NCBI GenBank assembly: GCA_964416765.1
Contig: CAYQEU010000001.1
Span: 407,253-471,252 of the forward strand
DNA length: 64,000 nucleotides
Direction: 5' to 3'
From: an uncultured Candidatus Saccharibacteria bacterium
Lineage (GTDB): Bacteria > Patescibacteriota > Doudnabacteria > UBA920
Part shown: positions 33,886 through 43,646 of the stretch, piece after piece
How positions within the stretch are numbered: position 1 is the stretch's first letter
How the letters are laid out: the number at the start of each line of letters is the position of its first letter
Translations under genes and position numbers: made by a program
Notes under the pieces: generated by a model
What the model was told of the DNA's origin: nothing
What the model saw: the letters and a program-made list of their open reading frames with translations, nothing else
Databases searched by the model: none

Positions 33886-34647
33886 ATGGGAATTCTCATT
33901 GTCTTGGTTCTTGTGGTGCTGTTCGTGGTTTTGCCCGGACTTCGGGTGATCCAGCAGTACCAACAGGGTGTGGTGTTCCGATTGGGGCGCGTTGTCCGCG
34001 TCCAAAAGCCTGGCCTTAACTGGGTGATCCCTTACCTGGAATGGGTAAAGAAGGTGGACATGCGTACCATTACCATGCCCATCCCGCCGCAGAAAATCAT
34101 CACCAAGGATAACGTTTCGGTTGATGTTTCCGCGGTCGCTTATTTCAAGATTGTCGATCCGGTTAAGAGTATCGTCGGTATTGAAAGCGTAGTCAGCGCG
34201 ATCAACCAAATTGCCCAGACTTCTGTCCGCAACATCGTGGGCAAATTCCAACTGGATGAAATCCTGTCCGAACGCGAAAGCATTAACTCCGAGATCACCA
34301 AGGTATTGGATTCCCATACCGAAGATTGGGGAGTGGTAGTGCCTGTTGTTGAGATCAAAGACATTGAATTACCCGAAGGAATGCAGCGGGCCATGGCCAA
34401 ACAGGCCGAGGCTGAACGCGAAAAACGCGCCAAGATAATTGCCGCTGAAGGTGAATTCCTATCTTCCCAAAAACTGGCTGATACCGCGGATGTCATGGCA
34501 GCCCACCCGATTGCCCTCCAGCTCCGCAACCTGCAGACTATGGCGGAAATCAGTGTGGAAAAAAACTCTACTATTATTTTCCCAGCTCAATTCATGAGCA
34601 CCATTAAGGACATCAAGAACTTTCTTGAGTCGGAAAATATAAAATAA
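33886..34647 (+). CDS. SPFH/stomatin-like (slipin) protein
   Basis: GVVFRLGR..PGL, ITKDNV, AMAKQAEAEREKRAKII.AEGE. Confidence 0.93.
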   Translation: MGILIVLVLVVLFVVLPGLRVIQQYQQGVVFRLGRVVRVQKPGLNWVIPYLEWVKKVDMRTITMPIPPQKIITKDNVSVDVSAVAYFKIVDPVKSIVGIESVVSAINQIAQTSVRNIVGKFQLDEILSERESINSEITKVLDSHTEDWGVVVPVVEIKDIELPEGMQRAMAKQAEAEREKRAKIIAAEGEFLSSQKLADTADVMAAHPIALQLRNLQTMAEISVEKNSTIIFPAQFMSTIKDIKNFLESENIK

Positions 34648-34648
34648 C

Positions 34649-35017
34649 ATGCAGCACATCAAGAAAATTTACTTGTACGCTGTTTCGTTGATTTCACTGA
34701 TTATTGTTGTAGTGGCCGGCATCATGCTCATTAACATGGCGCTCAAGGCCTTGATCTTTAAGAAAGCTGACCAGGGCATTTACTACGGTCCACAAATCGC
34801 TTGTGATATGCCAGCAACCGCCCCATCAGGGGACGCTTCCAACTACAAAGTACCGCCTGAGTGCAACGATCCCGATTACGCCAAAAAGCAGGAGCAACAG
34901 GAAAATGAAGCCCGCAGTGCCCAGCGCCAACGCGATGCCTCCCAGTCCCTGGCCATGATAATTGTTGCAGCACCGATCTTCCTGTACCACTGGCGCCTAG
35001 CCCGAAAAGAGTCCTAA
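34649..35017 (+). CDS. Two-TM hypothetical protein (DUF5671-like)
   Basis: IYLY.VS.I.L N-terminal TM; P.FLYHWR C-terminus. Confidence 0.6.
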   Translation: MQHIKKIYLYAVSLISLIIVVVAGIMLINMALKALIFKKADQGIYYGPQIACDMPATAPSGDASNYKVPPECNDPDYAKKQEQQENEARSAQRQRDASQSLAMIIVAAPIFLYHWRLARKES

Positions 35018-35032
35018 CCTATTTATTAATTT

Positions 35033-35060
35033 GTGGGAGAGTTAAAAGCTCGACTACCAC
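35033..35060 (+). promoter_or_regulatory. Putative L1-binding autoregulatory leader
   Basis: GTGGGAG..hairpin..GACTACCAC directly before the rplA SD, matching the L1 binding-site pattern. Confidence 0.7.
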
Positions 35061-35071
35061 GAAAGGAAATT

Positions 35072-35755
35072 ATGTCCAAGCAGTCCAAGCGCGTCCGCGC
35101 TAACGCCGAAAGCGTTGAAAAAGACAAAGTTTACACCCCGGAAGAAGCAATAGAGCTGGCAAAGAAAACTGCCACTACTAAATTCACCGGGTCCATTGAA
35201 GTGCACGTTCGCACTAATATTGAGTCAAAGAAAACCGACCAAGCCATTCGCGGCACGGTAACTTTGCCCCATGGTACTGGAAAGACCAAGCGCATTGCCG
35301 CTTTCGTCAGCGATGCCAAAGCAGCCGAAGCAAAAGCCGCTGGAGCGGCGATTGTCGGCGGCGAAGAACTGATTAAGCAAATTAAGGAATCTGAAAAAAC
35401 TGATTTTGATGTTGCTGTAGCCGAACCGGCTATGATGGCAAAGCTGGCCCAGATCGCCAAGATCCTCGGTACCCGCGGCCTAATGCCTAACCCAAAGACC
35501 GGTACTGTTTCTGAAAACATCTCCCAGGCAATTAAGGAAATCGCCGGGGGTAAAGTTAACTTCAAAAACGATGACTCCGGCAACGTTCACCTCACCATTG
35601 GCAAAAGCGATTTTGATTCCGCCAAGTTAGTGGAAAATCTGAAGACTTTCTATGACGCGCTCATGGCCAGCAAGCCAGCCGCCGTCAAAAAGCAATTCAT
35701 TGCCTCCATGACCTTGAACTCAACCATGGGTCCCGGCATCAAACTGAAAATGTAA
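35072..35755 (+). CDS. rplA: 50S ribosomal protein L1
   Basis: RGTVTLPHGTGK, LG.RGLMPNPKTGTV, STMGPG; ATG 35072 after AAAGGA. Confidence 0.97.
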   Translation: MSKQSKRVRANAESVEKDKVYTPEEAIELAKKTATTKFTGSIEVHVRTNIESKKTDQAIRGTVTLPHGTGKTKRIAAFVSDAKAAEAKAAGAAIVGGEELIKQIKESEKTDFDVAVAEPAMMAKLAQIAKILGTRGLMPNPKTGTVSENISQAIKEIAGGKVNFKNDDSGNVHLTIGKSDFDSAKLVENLKTFYDALMASKPAAVKKQFIASMTLNSTMGPGIKLKM

Positions 35756-35767
35756 CCTTTTGATAGC

Positions 35768-35792
35768 AAAAACCCCCTTATAGGGGGTTTTT
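35768..35792 (+). terminator. Intrinsic terminator after rplA
   Basis: AAAAACCCCCT-TAT-AGGGGGTTTTT. Confidence 0.8.
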
Positions 35793-35920
35793 ATTTTGCC
35801 CGGCCAACCCCTTGATTTTTAAGCTGATTTATCGTATTATTATATGCTACTATGGCAGTGCCTTAGTGCTTATAGCGGAATAATCCGTTGTAACATCCAT
35901 AATAAAGGGGGACTAAGAAG

Positions 35921-36184
35921 TTGGGAGATTTTCATGACAATTCACTAGCGACGCTGGACAAGGTGCAAATAGACACCCGTATCAGCGCGAAACTGAAAGC
36001 CTTCGACCCCCAGTTGTCGCAGCAATACGACAGCCTGGGAGCCGCGGCTCTCGACATCGCCCGCGGCGAAATACCGCGAGCATTCAAGGAGTTCCGGGAA
36101 ACGGTGCAAAGTATTCTGCGCAACGCTTCCGAAGGGAAAACCACTTATCCGCCCACAACCGAACCGGAGGAGGCAACGAAATGA
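35921..36184 (+). CDS. Hypothetical protein
   Basis: 87-aa ORF, TTG start after AGGGGG. Confidence 0.45.
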   Translation: MGDFHDNSLATLDKVQIDTRISAKLKAFDPQLSQQYDSLGAAALDIARGEIPRAFKEFRETVQSILRNASEGKTTYPPTTEPEEATK

Positions 36185-36320
36185 ATCATTGCCTCCACAA
36201 CTTACCGCCTGGTATCTTTGAGCAGTTTACTGCGAGAAGACACCGGGCGTTTTCTTTTCATATAAAAACAAGGCCAACCGCAATCGCAGTCAGCCCTGTA
36301 GTCCAAGTGTTAGGTAAAAG

Positions 36321-37016
36321 TTAATATTTTCGAGTGGTAAAGTGCGGCAGGTGTTTGATAATTCTGACCTTGCGGTCTTCGCCCATGCCCAGGGCGACCC
36401 CCTCAAGTTCTCCGTAAACCTTCATCCCGCTCTCGTGCTGCCCGAGCAAACGCCACACCAGTAATTCCACAAACGGGGAGTGAAAGAACCCTATACCTTG
36501 CACCGGCAAGTCATATAGCCTTTTTTCACTGTGGTTTGCCACTACCTCAAGCATCTCTTGGGCGGTCCTTTCGGCAATTTCTCCGTAAGGAACCACCAAG
36601 GGTCGGTGCGCCTCCACGAACGACTGTAGCGGAGTACGCCGCGCGCCGCGAAGTGCCTGGTAATGCGGCTGGGCGTGAATAGAGTCAATGCTGTCCGAAG
36701 CTCCTAGCCCCAGGACAGGCAAATGGGATCGCAGGGGCGTTTGCAGATGTTCCGAGTAGCCGCTAAAAAATCCGAGGGCCGTGGACATAGACCGCGGCTG
36801 GTCGCTGTTAAAAATGTGGGTCGGCAGAAACATATCCTGCATCAAGAAGATGCCGGTATGCCGCCCGAACTCCACAGCCGCTTCAAAGCCCTTCTTGCTT
36901 AAGCAGGGCCGGTTGCCGTCCCGGGATGAGTTGCGGTAAATATGCAACTCCGCCACCAGCAGTTTATCCTCTCCTTTTTCTTTCCTTCCATCCGTCGTCT
37001 TATCAACCATCAGCAA
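36321..37016 (-). CDS. Histidine-phosphatase-superfamily-like protein (degenerate)
   Basis: LHIYRNS..LSKKG..A, S.QPRS..TA, FFH pattern resembles the SixA/PGM fold, with RN in place of RH. Confidence 0.45.
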   Translation of the reverse strand: MLMVDKTTDGRKEKGEDKLLVAELHIYRNSSRDGNRPCLSKKGFEAAVEFGRHTGIFLMQDMFLPTHIFNSDQPRSMSTALGFFSGYSEHLQTPLRSHLPVLGLGASDSIDSIHAQPHYQALRGARRTPLQSFVEAHRPLVVPYGEIAERTAQEMLEVVANHSEKRLYDLPVQGIGFFHSPFVELLVWRLLGQHESGMKVYGELEGVALGMGEDRKVRIIKHLPHFTTRKY

Positions 37017-37176
37017 TTGTCTCCTTTTCCTAAACTAATTCCTCCTTGTAGAACACCAGATTATGTCATATTTAAGCCTGATTGTCAACAACTCAAGGAT
37101 AAAGTGGGGTTTTTGTAAAAGTAACTAAACCATAGTAAAATAAATGGAGTAAACCTAAACTAAAACCCCAAAAGTA

Positions 37177-37767
37177 ATGATTTTATCTGACCGTGACCTC
37201 AAAAAGTCGCTTGAATCCGGAGAAATAAAAGTCGAGCCATTGTTCCCCAATTCCATCCAGCCAGCCAGCATTGACGTGCACCTCGGAGCTGATTTTTTGA
37301 TATTCAAAAGCACCAACAATGTCTGCATTGATCCGAAAGAACCGGTAGACGACATGATGGAACCGACGGTAATTGATGAAAACAAGCAGTTCATTCTGCA
37401 CCCGGGTGAGTTCGCCCTTGGCATGACCTATGAAACCGTAAGCGTGCCAAACAACATGGTGGCGCAACTGAACGGTAAATCCTCTTTGGCACGCATGGGA
37501 CTTGTAGTGCACGCTACTGCCGGTTACATCGACCCGGGCAACAGCCTTAAGATCACCCTGGAATTTCACAATTTGGCCAACTTGCCGCTCAAGCTATATT
37601 ACAAAATGCCGATTGCGCAGGTTGCTTTCGTAAAACTGACGAGCGAGGTTGACACTTTATACGGTAAGGACAGCCTGAATAGCAAATACTACGGAGCGGT
37701 TAAGCCACAGGCCAGCCAATACTACAAAAACTTCCTGAAAAATAACGAGTGGATTGATTTTAAATAG
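37177..37767 (+). CDS. dcd: dCTP deaminase
   Basis: IQPASIDVHL, GKSSLARMGL.VH.TAG.IDPG, ITLE. Confidence 0.95.
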   Translation: MILSDRDLKKSLESGEIKVEPLFPNSIQPASIDVHLGADFLIFKSTNNVCIDPKEPVDDMMEPTVIDENKQFILHPGEFALGMTYETVSVPNNMVAQLNGKSSLARMGLVVHATAGYIDPGNSLKITLEFHNLANLPLKLYYKMPIAQVAFVKLTSEVDTLYGKDSLNSKYYGAVKPQASQYYKNFLKNNEWIDFK

Positions 37768-38316
37768 ATGAAGCTGCTTCTTGGTATTGTCGGCGAGCAA
37801 TTTTCCGGCAAAGACACTGTCGCTGAATACCTGGAACAAAAGTATGGTGCTTTCCATATCCGCCAGAGCCACATCCTGGACGAAATCCTAAATACGCTAG
37901 GGATTGAAATCTCACGGCGAAACGAAATGGACCTGGGGATGGCGCTGCGCAAAACATTTGGTACCCAAACGGTAGGGGAAGCGGTGAGGAAGCGACTCGA
38001 CGCGGCAAACGAAGAGATCAAAGTAGTGCAGGGCATAAGATTCCGGGAAGAATTTGATATTTTCAAAACAATGGGAGCAAAAATGTTGTACGTTACAGCG
38101 CCCGCCGAGATTCGCTACCAACGGGCTTTGAAACGGAACGAGAAATCGGACGACCAAAACCAAAGCTTTGAAGAATTTACCACCCGCGAAGTTACCGAGC
38201 CAACGGAAATTAATATAGCAATGCTCGGCGGCCAGGCGAACTACCGAATTGAGAACGACGGCACCCTGGAACAGCTTTATCAAAAAATAGAACAACTGAT
38301 TCATGGCCAAGACTAA
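37768..38316 (+). CDS. P-loop nucleoside monophosphate kinase-like protein
   Basis: G.VGEQFSGKDT P-loop, GIRF..E, IENDG.LEQL. Confidence 0.75.
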   Translation: MKLLLGIVGEQFSGKDTVAEYLEQKYGAFHIRQSHILDEILNTLGIEISRRNEMDLGMALRKTFGTQTVGEAVRKRLDAANEEIKVVQGIRFREEFDIFKTMGAKMLYVTAPAEIRYQRALKRNEKSDDQNQSFEEFTTREVTEPTEINIAMLGGQANYRIENDGTLEQLYQKIEQLIHGQD

Positions 38317-39001
38317 AACTCCCAAAACTAAAGGCAAGCTCATTGTCCTCGATGGCACTGACGGAGCAGGGAAAACCACCCAGACCAACATGCTGGTGGA
38401 TACTTTGCGTGAGGAAGGATACGACGTGGAAGTGGCTGATTTTCCAAAATATGGGTCAAAGTCCGCCGGACCGCTCGAAGAGTATCTTGATGGGAAGTAT
38501 GGCGACCTAAATCCTTACGCCTCCTCCGTTTTCTACGCCGTGGATCGCCTAGATGCTTCAGCCCAGCTTTACCAGTGGCTCGACGAAGGCAAGATTGTCA
38601 TTTCCAACCGCTACGTTACCGCCAACGCCGGGCACCAGGGAGGGAAGATTATGGACCGGCTGGAACGGCTAAAGTTTTTCAAATGGCTTAACGACCTCGA
38701 ATACAACATCTTTGGAATTCCAAAACCAGACTTGAACATTATTCTCCATGTCCCGGCAAAAGTAGGACAAGCCCGGACACTGCAGCAAAACAAGAAAAAG
38801 GATATGCACGCCCTGAACCTGCAGCATTTGGAAAACGCCGAAAAGGTTTACCTGGAAATTGCCCAGCTTTTGCCCAATACCCGGCTCGTAGAATGCGCGG
38901 AAGGCGACGCCATGTTGACCCCGCAGGAGGTCCATAACCAAGTGTGGGAGTATGTGCGCCGCATTGCCCTTAAAGATTTTCCCTCGCCCCAAGCCAAATA
39001 G
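38303..39001 (+). CDS. tmk: Thymidylate kinase
   Basis: [17 protein letters not shown]. Confidence 0.92.
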   Translation: MAKTKTPKTKGKLIVLDGTDGAGKTTQTNMLVDTLREEGYDVEVADFPKYGSKSAGPLEEYLDGKYGDLNPYASSVFYAVDRLDASAQLYQWLDEGKIVISNRYVTANAGHQGGKIMDRLERLKFFKWLNDLEYNIFGIPKPDLNIILHVPAKVGQARTLQQNKKKDMHALNLQHLENAEKVYLEIAQLLPNTRLVECAEGDAMLTPQEVHNQVWEYVRRIALKDFPSPQAK

Positions 39002-39017
39002 CATTAACAAAACGAAA

Positions 39018-39845
39018 ATGAAAAACCCAACCGACGAACAATACCTGAATATGCTCCGCCATATCCTGGAACATGGCACCGGCAAAGACGACCGTACTGG
39101 CACCGGGACCAGAAGCATTTTCGGTTATCAAATGCGTTTTAATTTGGCTGAAGGGTTTCCGCTTTTAACAACCAAAAAAGTCCATCTTAAATCTATTATC
39201 TACGAGTTGCTTTGGTTCCTGAAAGGGGATACCAATATCAAATGGCTCAATGACCACGGGGTGACCATATGGGACGAATGGGCGGATGAGAACGGCGACT
39301 TGGGTCCGATTTACGGAAAACAATGGACCGCTTGGGAAGCGAAGGACGGCACGAAAATAAACCAGATCGCCAACGCCGTTGACCTCATTAAAAACAATCC
39401 TGATACCAGGCGCATCATGGTTTCCGGGTGGAATGTGGGGGATTTGCAAACTTTGATCAAGGGAAAAAAAACGGCACCGCCACCGTGCCATACCATGTTC
39501 CAATTTTACGTGGCGGATAATAAACTTTCTTGCCAGCTGTACCAGCGCAGCGCTGATACATTTTTGGGCGTTCCGTTTAACATCGCGTCTTACGCACTCC
39601 TTACCATGATGATGGCGCAGGTTACGGGCCGCGAACTTGGCGATTTCGTCCACACTTTTGGTGATGCCCATATTTATAACAACCACGTTGAGCAGGTTAA
39701 TCTCCAGCTGTCCCGCGAACCGCGGGCCATGCCGACCATGAAGATTAACCCCGAAGTCAAAGACATCTTTGGTTTCCAGTTTGAAGACTTTACCCTGGAA
39801 GGTTACGACCCGCACCCGGGCATTAAAGCGCCGATTGCCATATGA
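39018..39845 (+). CDS. thyA: Thymidylate synthase
   Basis: [35 protein letters not shown]; ATG 39018. Confidence 0.98.
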   Translation: MKNPTDEQYLNMLRHILEHGTGKDDRTGTGTRSIFGYQMRFNLAEGFPLLTTKKVHLKSIIYELLWFLKGDTNIKWLNDHGVTIWDEWADENGDLGPIYGKQWTAWEAKDGTKINQIANAVDLIKNNPDTRRIMVSGWNVGDLQTLIKGKKTAPPPCHTMFQFYVADNKLSCQLYQRSADTFLGVPFNIASYALLTMMMAQVTGRELGDFVHTFGDAHIYNNHVEQVNLQLSREPRAMPTMKINPEVKDIFGFQFEDFTLEGYDPHPGIKAPIAI

Positions 39846-40321
39846 TCATTCTAGGACCGGTCGCGGTCGCACAAAACGGAATCATTGGCGGTGACAACGA
39901 CCTGCCGTGGTATTTTCCCGAAGACCTAAAGCACTTTAAAGAAATAACCACCGGCCAAACGGTGCTCATGGGGCGAAAAACTTACGACTCAATAGTTAAG
40001 CGGTTGGGCAAGCCCTTGCCCAACCGGGTTAACGTTGTCATCACGCGCCAGCAGGATTTTGCTCCTTTGCCTGGAGTGCTGGTATTCCACGACTTGGACC
40101 AGGCGTTGGATGCACTGAAAGAAACTGACGTCTATATAATAGGCGGAGCGCAGATTTTTGCGGCAAGCCTGCCTCGGGCCGAAAAGATGTACATGACCCA
40201 CATCCACGACGAATATAGAGGTGATGTCTATTTCCCCAAAGTTGACTGGAGGGAATGGGATAAAATCGAAGAAGAACCACATGAAGAATATACTTTCGCA
40301 ACCTATGTGCGAAAAAATTAA
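39842..40321 (+). CDS. folA: Dihydrofolate reductase
   Basis: IG.DNDLPW..PEDL.HFK, MGRKTY, PLPNR, IIGGA. Confidence 0.97.
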   Translation: MIILGPVAVAQNGIIGGDNDLPWYFPEDLKHFKEITTGQTVLMGRKTYDSIVKRLGKPLPNRVNVVITRQQDFAPLPGVLVFHDLDQALDALKETDVYIIGGAQIFAASLPRAEKMYMTHIHDEYRGDVYFPKVDWREWDKIEEEPHEEYTFATYVRKN

Positions 40322-40323
40322 TT

Positions 40324-41415
40324 ATGAATAACTTAATTGAGCGCCTCGAAGCGCTCATTTCACAAATTAGCGAATTAAAATCACATTTAAACCTTTCTGA
40401 AAAAGAACGGCGGCTTTCTGAATTGGACAAAAAAATGCAGGAGCCGGATTTTTGGTCAGATAACGAGTCTGCTCAAAAAACCAGCCAGGAATATACCCAA
40501 ACCAAGAACTTTTATGATTTTTGGACCGGCCTGGAAAACGATACCCAAGAACTGCTAGATATCGCTAAAGCCAATACAGACGAGTCGGAGGAAACCATAT
40601 CATATATAGAAAGCCAGGTCGGAGCTCTTGAAGAAAAATACCAAAAGAACCGTTTCGTGGCTTTGTTGTCAAAAAAGTTTGATGACCACAACGCTATTTT
40701 TGCCCTGCATGCCGGGGCCGGGGGAGTAGACGCGCAAGACTGGACTGAAATTTTGCTCCGCATGTACCTGCGTTTTGCCGAACGCCGCGGGTTTAAAACT
40801 GAAGTACTGGAAATGAGTCGGGGGAATGACGCGGGTATAAAATCCGTTCTGGTCAGCGTCGCCGGGCCATACGCGTATGGGCTACTTAAAAGCGAAGCCG
40901 GAGTGCACCGACTGGTTAGACAAAGTCCATTTAATCCTGCCCATACCCGCGAAACTTCTTTTGCCCTCCTTGAGTTGCTTCCTGAATTGGAAGAACAGGA
41001 ACAGGTAAAGCTCGACCCCAAAGATCTAAAAATTGAAGCTACCACATCTTCGGGACATGGGGGACAGAGCGTAAATACCACTTACTCTGCAATCCGTATA
41101 ACCCACATCCCAACTGGACTTAAGGTTAGCATCCAGAATGAGCGCAGCCAGGCACAGAACAAGGAACTGGCCATGAAGATTTTGGCCGCCCGGGTTCAGG
41201 AAGTAGAGGACCAGAAATTAAGCGACGAAAAAAAAGAATTGCGCGGTGAATTCAAATCCGCCGAGTGGGGAAACCAAATTCGCAGCTACGTACTGCATCC
41301 CTACAAACTGGTAAAAGACCACCGGACCGATTATGAAGAAACCGACCCTGACAAGGTACTAGATGGAGAAATAGACGAATTCATAGAGAAGTATTTAGAG
41401 CAAAACGCTAAATAA
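40324..41415 (+). CDS. prfB: Peptide chain release factor 2
   Basis: SPF motif, GGQ, WGNQIRSYVL; single uninterrupted ORF. Confidence 0.96.
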   Translation: MNNLIERLEALISQISELKSHLNLSEKERRLSELDKKMQEPDFWSDNESAQKTSQEYTQTKNFYDFWTGLENDTQELLDIAKANTDESEETISYIESQVGALEEKYQKNRFVALLSKKFDDHNAIFALHAGAGGVDAQDWTEILLRMYLRFAERRGFKTEVLEMSRGNDAGIKSVLVSVAGPYAYGLLKSEAGVHRLVRQSPFNPAHTRETSFALLELLPELEEQEQVKLDPKDLKIEATTSSGHGGQSVNTTYSAIRITHIPTGLKVSIQNERSQAQNKELAMKILAARVQEVEDQKLSDEKKELRGEFKSAEWGNQIRSYVLHPYKLVKDHRTDYEETDPDKVLDGEIDEFIEKYLEQNAK

Positions 41416-41450
41416 AAGAATTGTGGTATAATTAATATACCTATTTCTTC

Positions 41451-42128
41451 ATGATTGAATTCCAAAACGTAACTAAATATTACGGCGACAGCAAAGCCCT
41501 AAATGATATCAACCTGACCATAAATCAGGGTGAATTTATTTCACTGGTGGGAATGTCGGGAGCCGGAAAATCAACTTTAATGAAGCTGATTTTCGGCGAA
41601 GAAACCATTGATGAAGGAAAAATCCTGATTGATGATATTGACCTATCCAGCGTGCGCAAAGCCGACTTGCCTTACCTGCGCCGCAAAATTGGGATTGTGT
41701 TCCAGGACATCAAATTACTGCCCCGCCTGACCGCGTTTGAAAACGTAGCTTTCGCCATGGAAGTCTCCGGCCACAGCAAGCAGAAAATTGACAAGGATGT
41801 CCCACGGATTTTGGAATTGGTTGGCCTGCTCCATAAGCGCCACAACTTCCCGCACGAGATGTCCGGCGGGGAGATGCAGCGCGTGGCGATTGCGCGCTCA
41901 TTGGCCCACCGCCCAGTTTTGCTCCTCGCTGACGAACCCACCGGCAACCTCGACGAAGTAAACGCCAATGAAGTGTTAGACCTTCTGACTAAAATCAATA
42001 AACTTGGAACGACTGTTATTTTGGCCACCCACGCGGCGGACTTGGTCAATAAGATCAACAAGCGCGTGGTTACCATTGAAGGCGGCCAGATCACTTTGGA
42101 GCAGCAGCAAGGAAAGTACAAACTCTAA
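41451..42128 (+). CDS. ftsE: Cell division ATP-binding protein FtsE
   Basis: GMSGAGKST, LRRKIGIVFQD, SGGE.QRVAIAR, ADEPTGNLD. Confidence 0.94.
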   Translation: MIEFQNVTKYYGDSKALNDINLTINQGEFISLVGMSGAGKSTLMKLIFGEETIDEGKILIDDIDLSSVRKADLPYLRRKIGIVFQDIKLLPRLTAFENVAFAMEVSGHSKQKIDKDVPRILELVGLLHKRHNFPHEMSGGEMQRVAIARSLAHRPVLLLADEPTGNLDEVNANEVLDLLTKINKLGTTVILATHAADLVNKINKRVVTIEGGQITLEQQQGKYKL

Positions 42129-43042
42129 TGAACTTTATTTCCCTCGGGCGCATTATCCGCAATGGTGCCACCAATTTTTACCGAAACCGCTGGCTCTCAG
42201 TAGCCGCCACTTTGATTATGGTAGTAACTTTGATAATCCTGTCCGTAATGTTCTTGCTGTTTGTGATTACCAGTTTTTCGGTCAGCAGCATTCGCGAGCG
42301 AGTGGACATTAGCGCCTACTTCAAACAGGGACTGAACGAAAACCAGATTTTAGCGGTTAAGGCTGATTTGGAAAATGACAGTAAGGTCAAAGAAGTCACT
42401 TACGTTTCCTCCGACCAGGCGCTGGAAGACTTTAAGAAACGACATGCTGATACCCCGCTGTTAGTTGACTCAATTAAGGAGCTAAGTGAGAACCCGTTCC
42501 CGGCAACCTTGCAGGTCAAAGGCAACAATCTGGATGACTACCCGGCGATTGCCCAGCAACTGCAGGGGGACAAGTACAAAAACAGCATCGAAAAAGTTAA
42601 CTATGAAGATAACCGCACCACCATTGAACGGCTGCGCGTTTTGCTTCGTTTCGTAATTATCGGCGGGATTGGCCTAATTAGCGTATTCTCCATAATCGCT
42701 ATTTTGGTAATTTTCAACACCATCACCCTCACAATCTACAACCGCCGCGAAGAAGTGGAAATCATGCGGCTCGTTGGCGCGACCAACTGGTACATCCGGG
42801 GACCGTTCCTAATGGAAGCCATGATGTACAGCATAGTTGCCACTATCCTGACCAGTGCTTTGCTGGTGCCATTTTACGTAAAAATTGTTCCAGCCATAAA
42901 CACCTACCTGAATCCCGGCGGAACGGTATTTAGTTCCACTTTCATTAGTTTCCCGGTTTTGGTGGCGCTTCAATTGGGCATAGCCCTGCTCTTGAGCATT
43001 GTTTCCTCCATGCTAGCCATCCGCCGCTACTTGAGAATATAG
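42128..43042 (+). CDS. ftsX: Cell division permease FtsX
   Basis: NTI.LTI.NRREE.EIMRLVGAT.WYIRGPFL.E. Confidence 0.95.
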   Translation: MNFISLGRIIRNGATNFYRNRWLSVAATLIMVVTLIILSVMFLLFVITSFSVSSIRERVDISAYFKQGLNENQILAVKADLENDSKVKEVTYVSSDQALEDFKKRHADTPLLVDSIKELSENPFPATLQVKGNNLDDYPAIAQQLQGDKYKNSIEKVNYEDNRTTIERLRVLLRFVIIGGIGLISVFSIIAILVIFNTITLTIYNRREEVEIMRLVGATNWYIRGPFLMEAMMYSIVATILTSALLVPFYVKIVPAINTYLNPGGTVFSSTFISFPVLVALQLGIALLLSIVSSMLAIRRYLRI

Positions 43043-43071
43043 GCCGGGAGGCAGCTTCCTGGCGCCAGCTC

Positions 43072-43173
43072 TTGCAATATTTCCCAAACCTTATATACTA
43101 AAAAAGAGCCGTTATTTTCCTCCGGGTTTTGGAGGCGAAAACCGGACCAGACTCTCAATTCGGGAGTTTTTTT
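43072..43173 (+). promoter_or_regulatory. Putative promoter, structured leader and terminator upstream of rplI-pyrG
   Basis: TTGCAA-16-TATACT; CCTCC/GGAGG and GGTTTT/AAAACC pairings; ACTCTC-AATTC-GGGAGT followed by a T run. Confidence 0.45.
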
Positions 43174-43191
43174 GTTGTTTAAATCACATAT

Positions 43192-43644
43192 ATGAAAGTC
43201 ATTTTGAGCAAGTCCGTACCCGGAGTCGGGAAGGCCGGCGAAATAAAGGAAGTTTCCGAGGGGTACGGCAATAATTTCATACTAAAAAAGGGCTTTGGGC
43301 GGCTAGCCACGGCGCAGGAACTCACGCGCCAGGTAAAAGAAGCCAAGGAGGCGGCAGGAAAACAGGAACGCCAAGTCGGCCAGGCCAAAGGCTTAAAGCA
43401 AAAACTGGAAACCCAAAAATTTACCGCTGTAGTTAAAGTGGGGGAACAGGGGCAGGTTTTTTCGGGGGTGCACGAAAAGGATATTGCCGAACTGCTGAGC
43501 CAGAAACTACACGTGACTATAGAAAAGAGCCAGATCCACACGCCACCACTCAAAACACTGGGAGAGCATAAGATAAAAGTAAAACTCGGACACGGGTTGT
43601 CCGCCGAAACCACGTTAATAATTCAAGCTGAACAAACAAAATAA
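43192..43644 (+). CDS. rplI: 50S ribosomal protein L9
   Basis: MKVIL...GKAGEIKEVSEGY..NF; LKTLGEH. Confidence 0.93.
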   Translation: MKVILSKSVPGVGKAGEIKEVSEGYGNNFILKKGFGRLATAQELTRQVKEAKEAAGKQERQVGQAKGLKQKLETQKFTAVVKVGEQGQVFSGVHEKDIAELLSQKLHVTIEKSQIHTPPLKTLGEHKIKVKLGHGLSAETTLIIQAEQTK

Positions 43645-43646
43645 CC

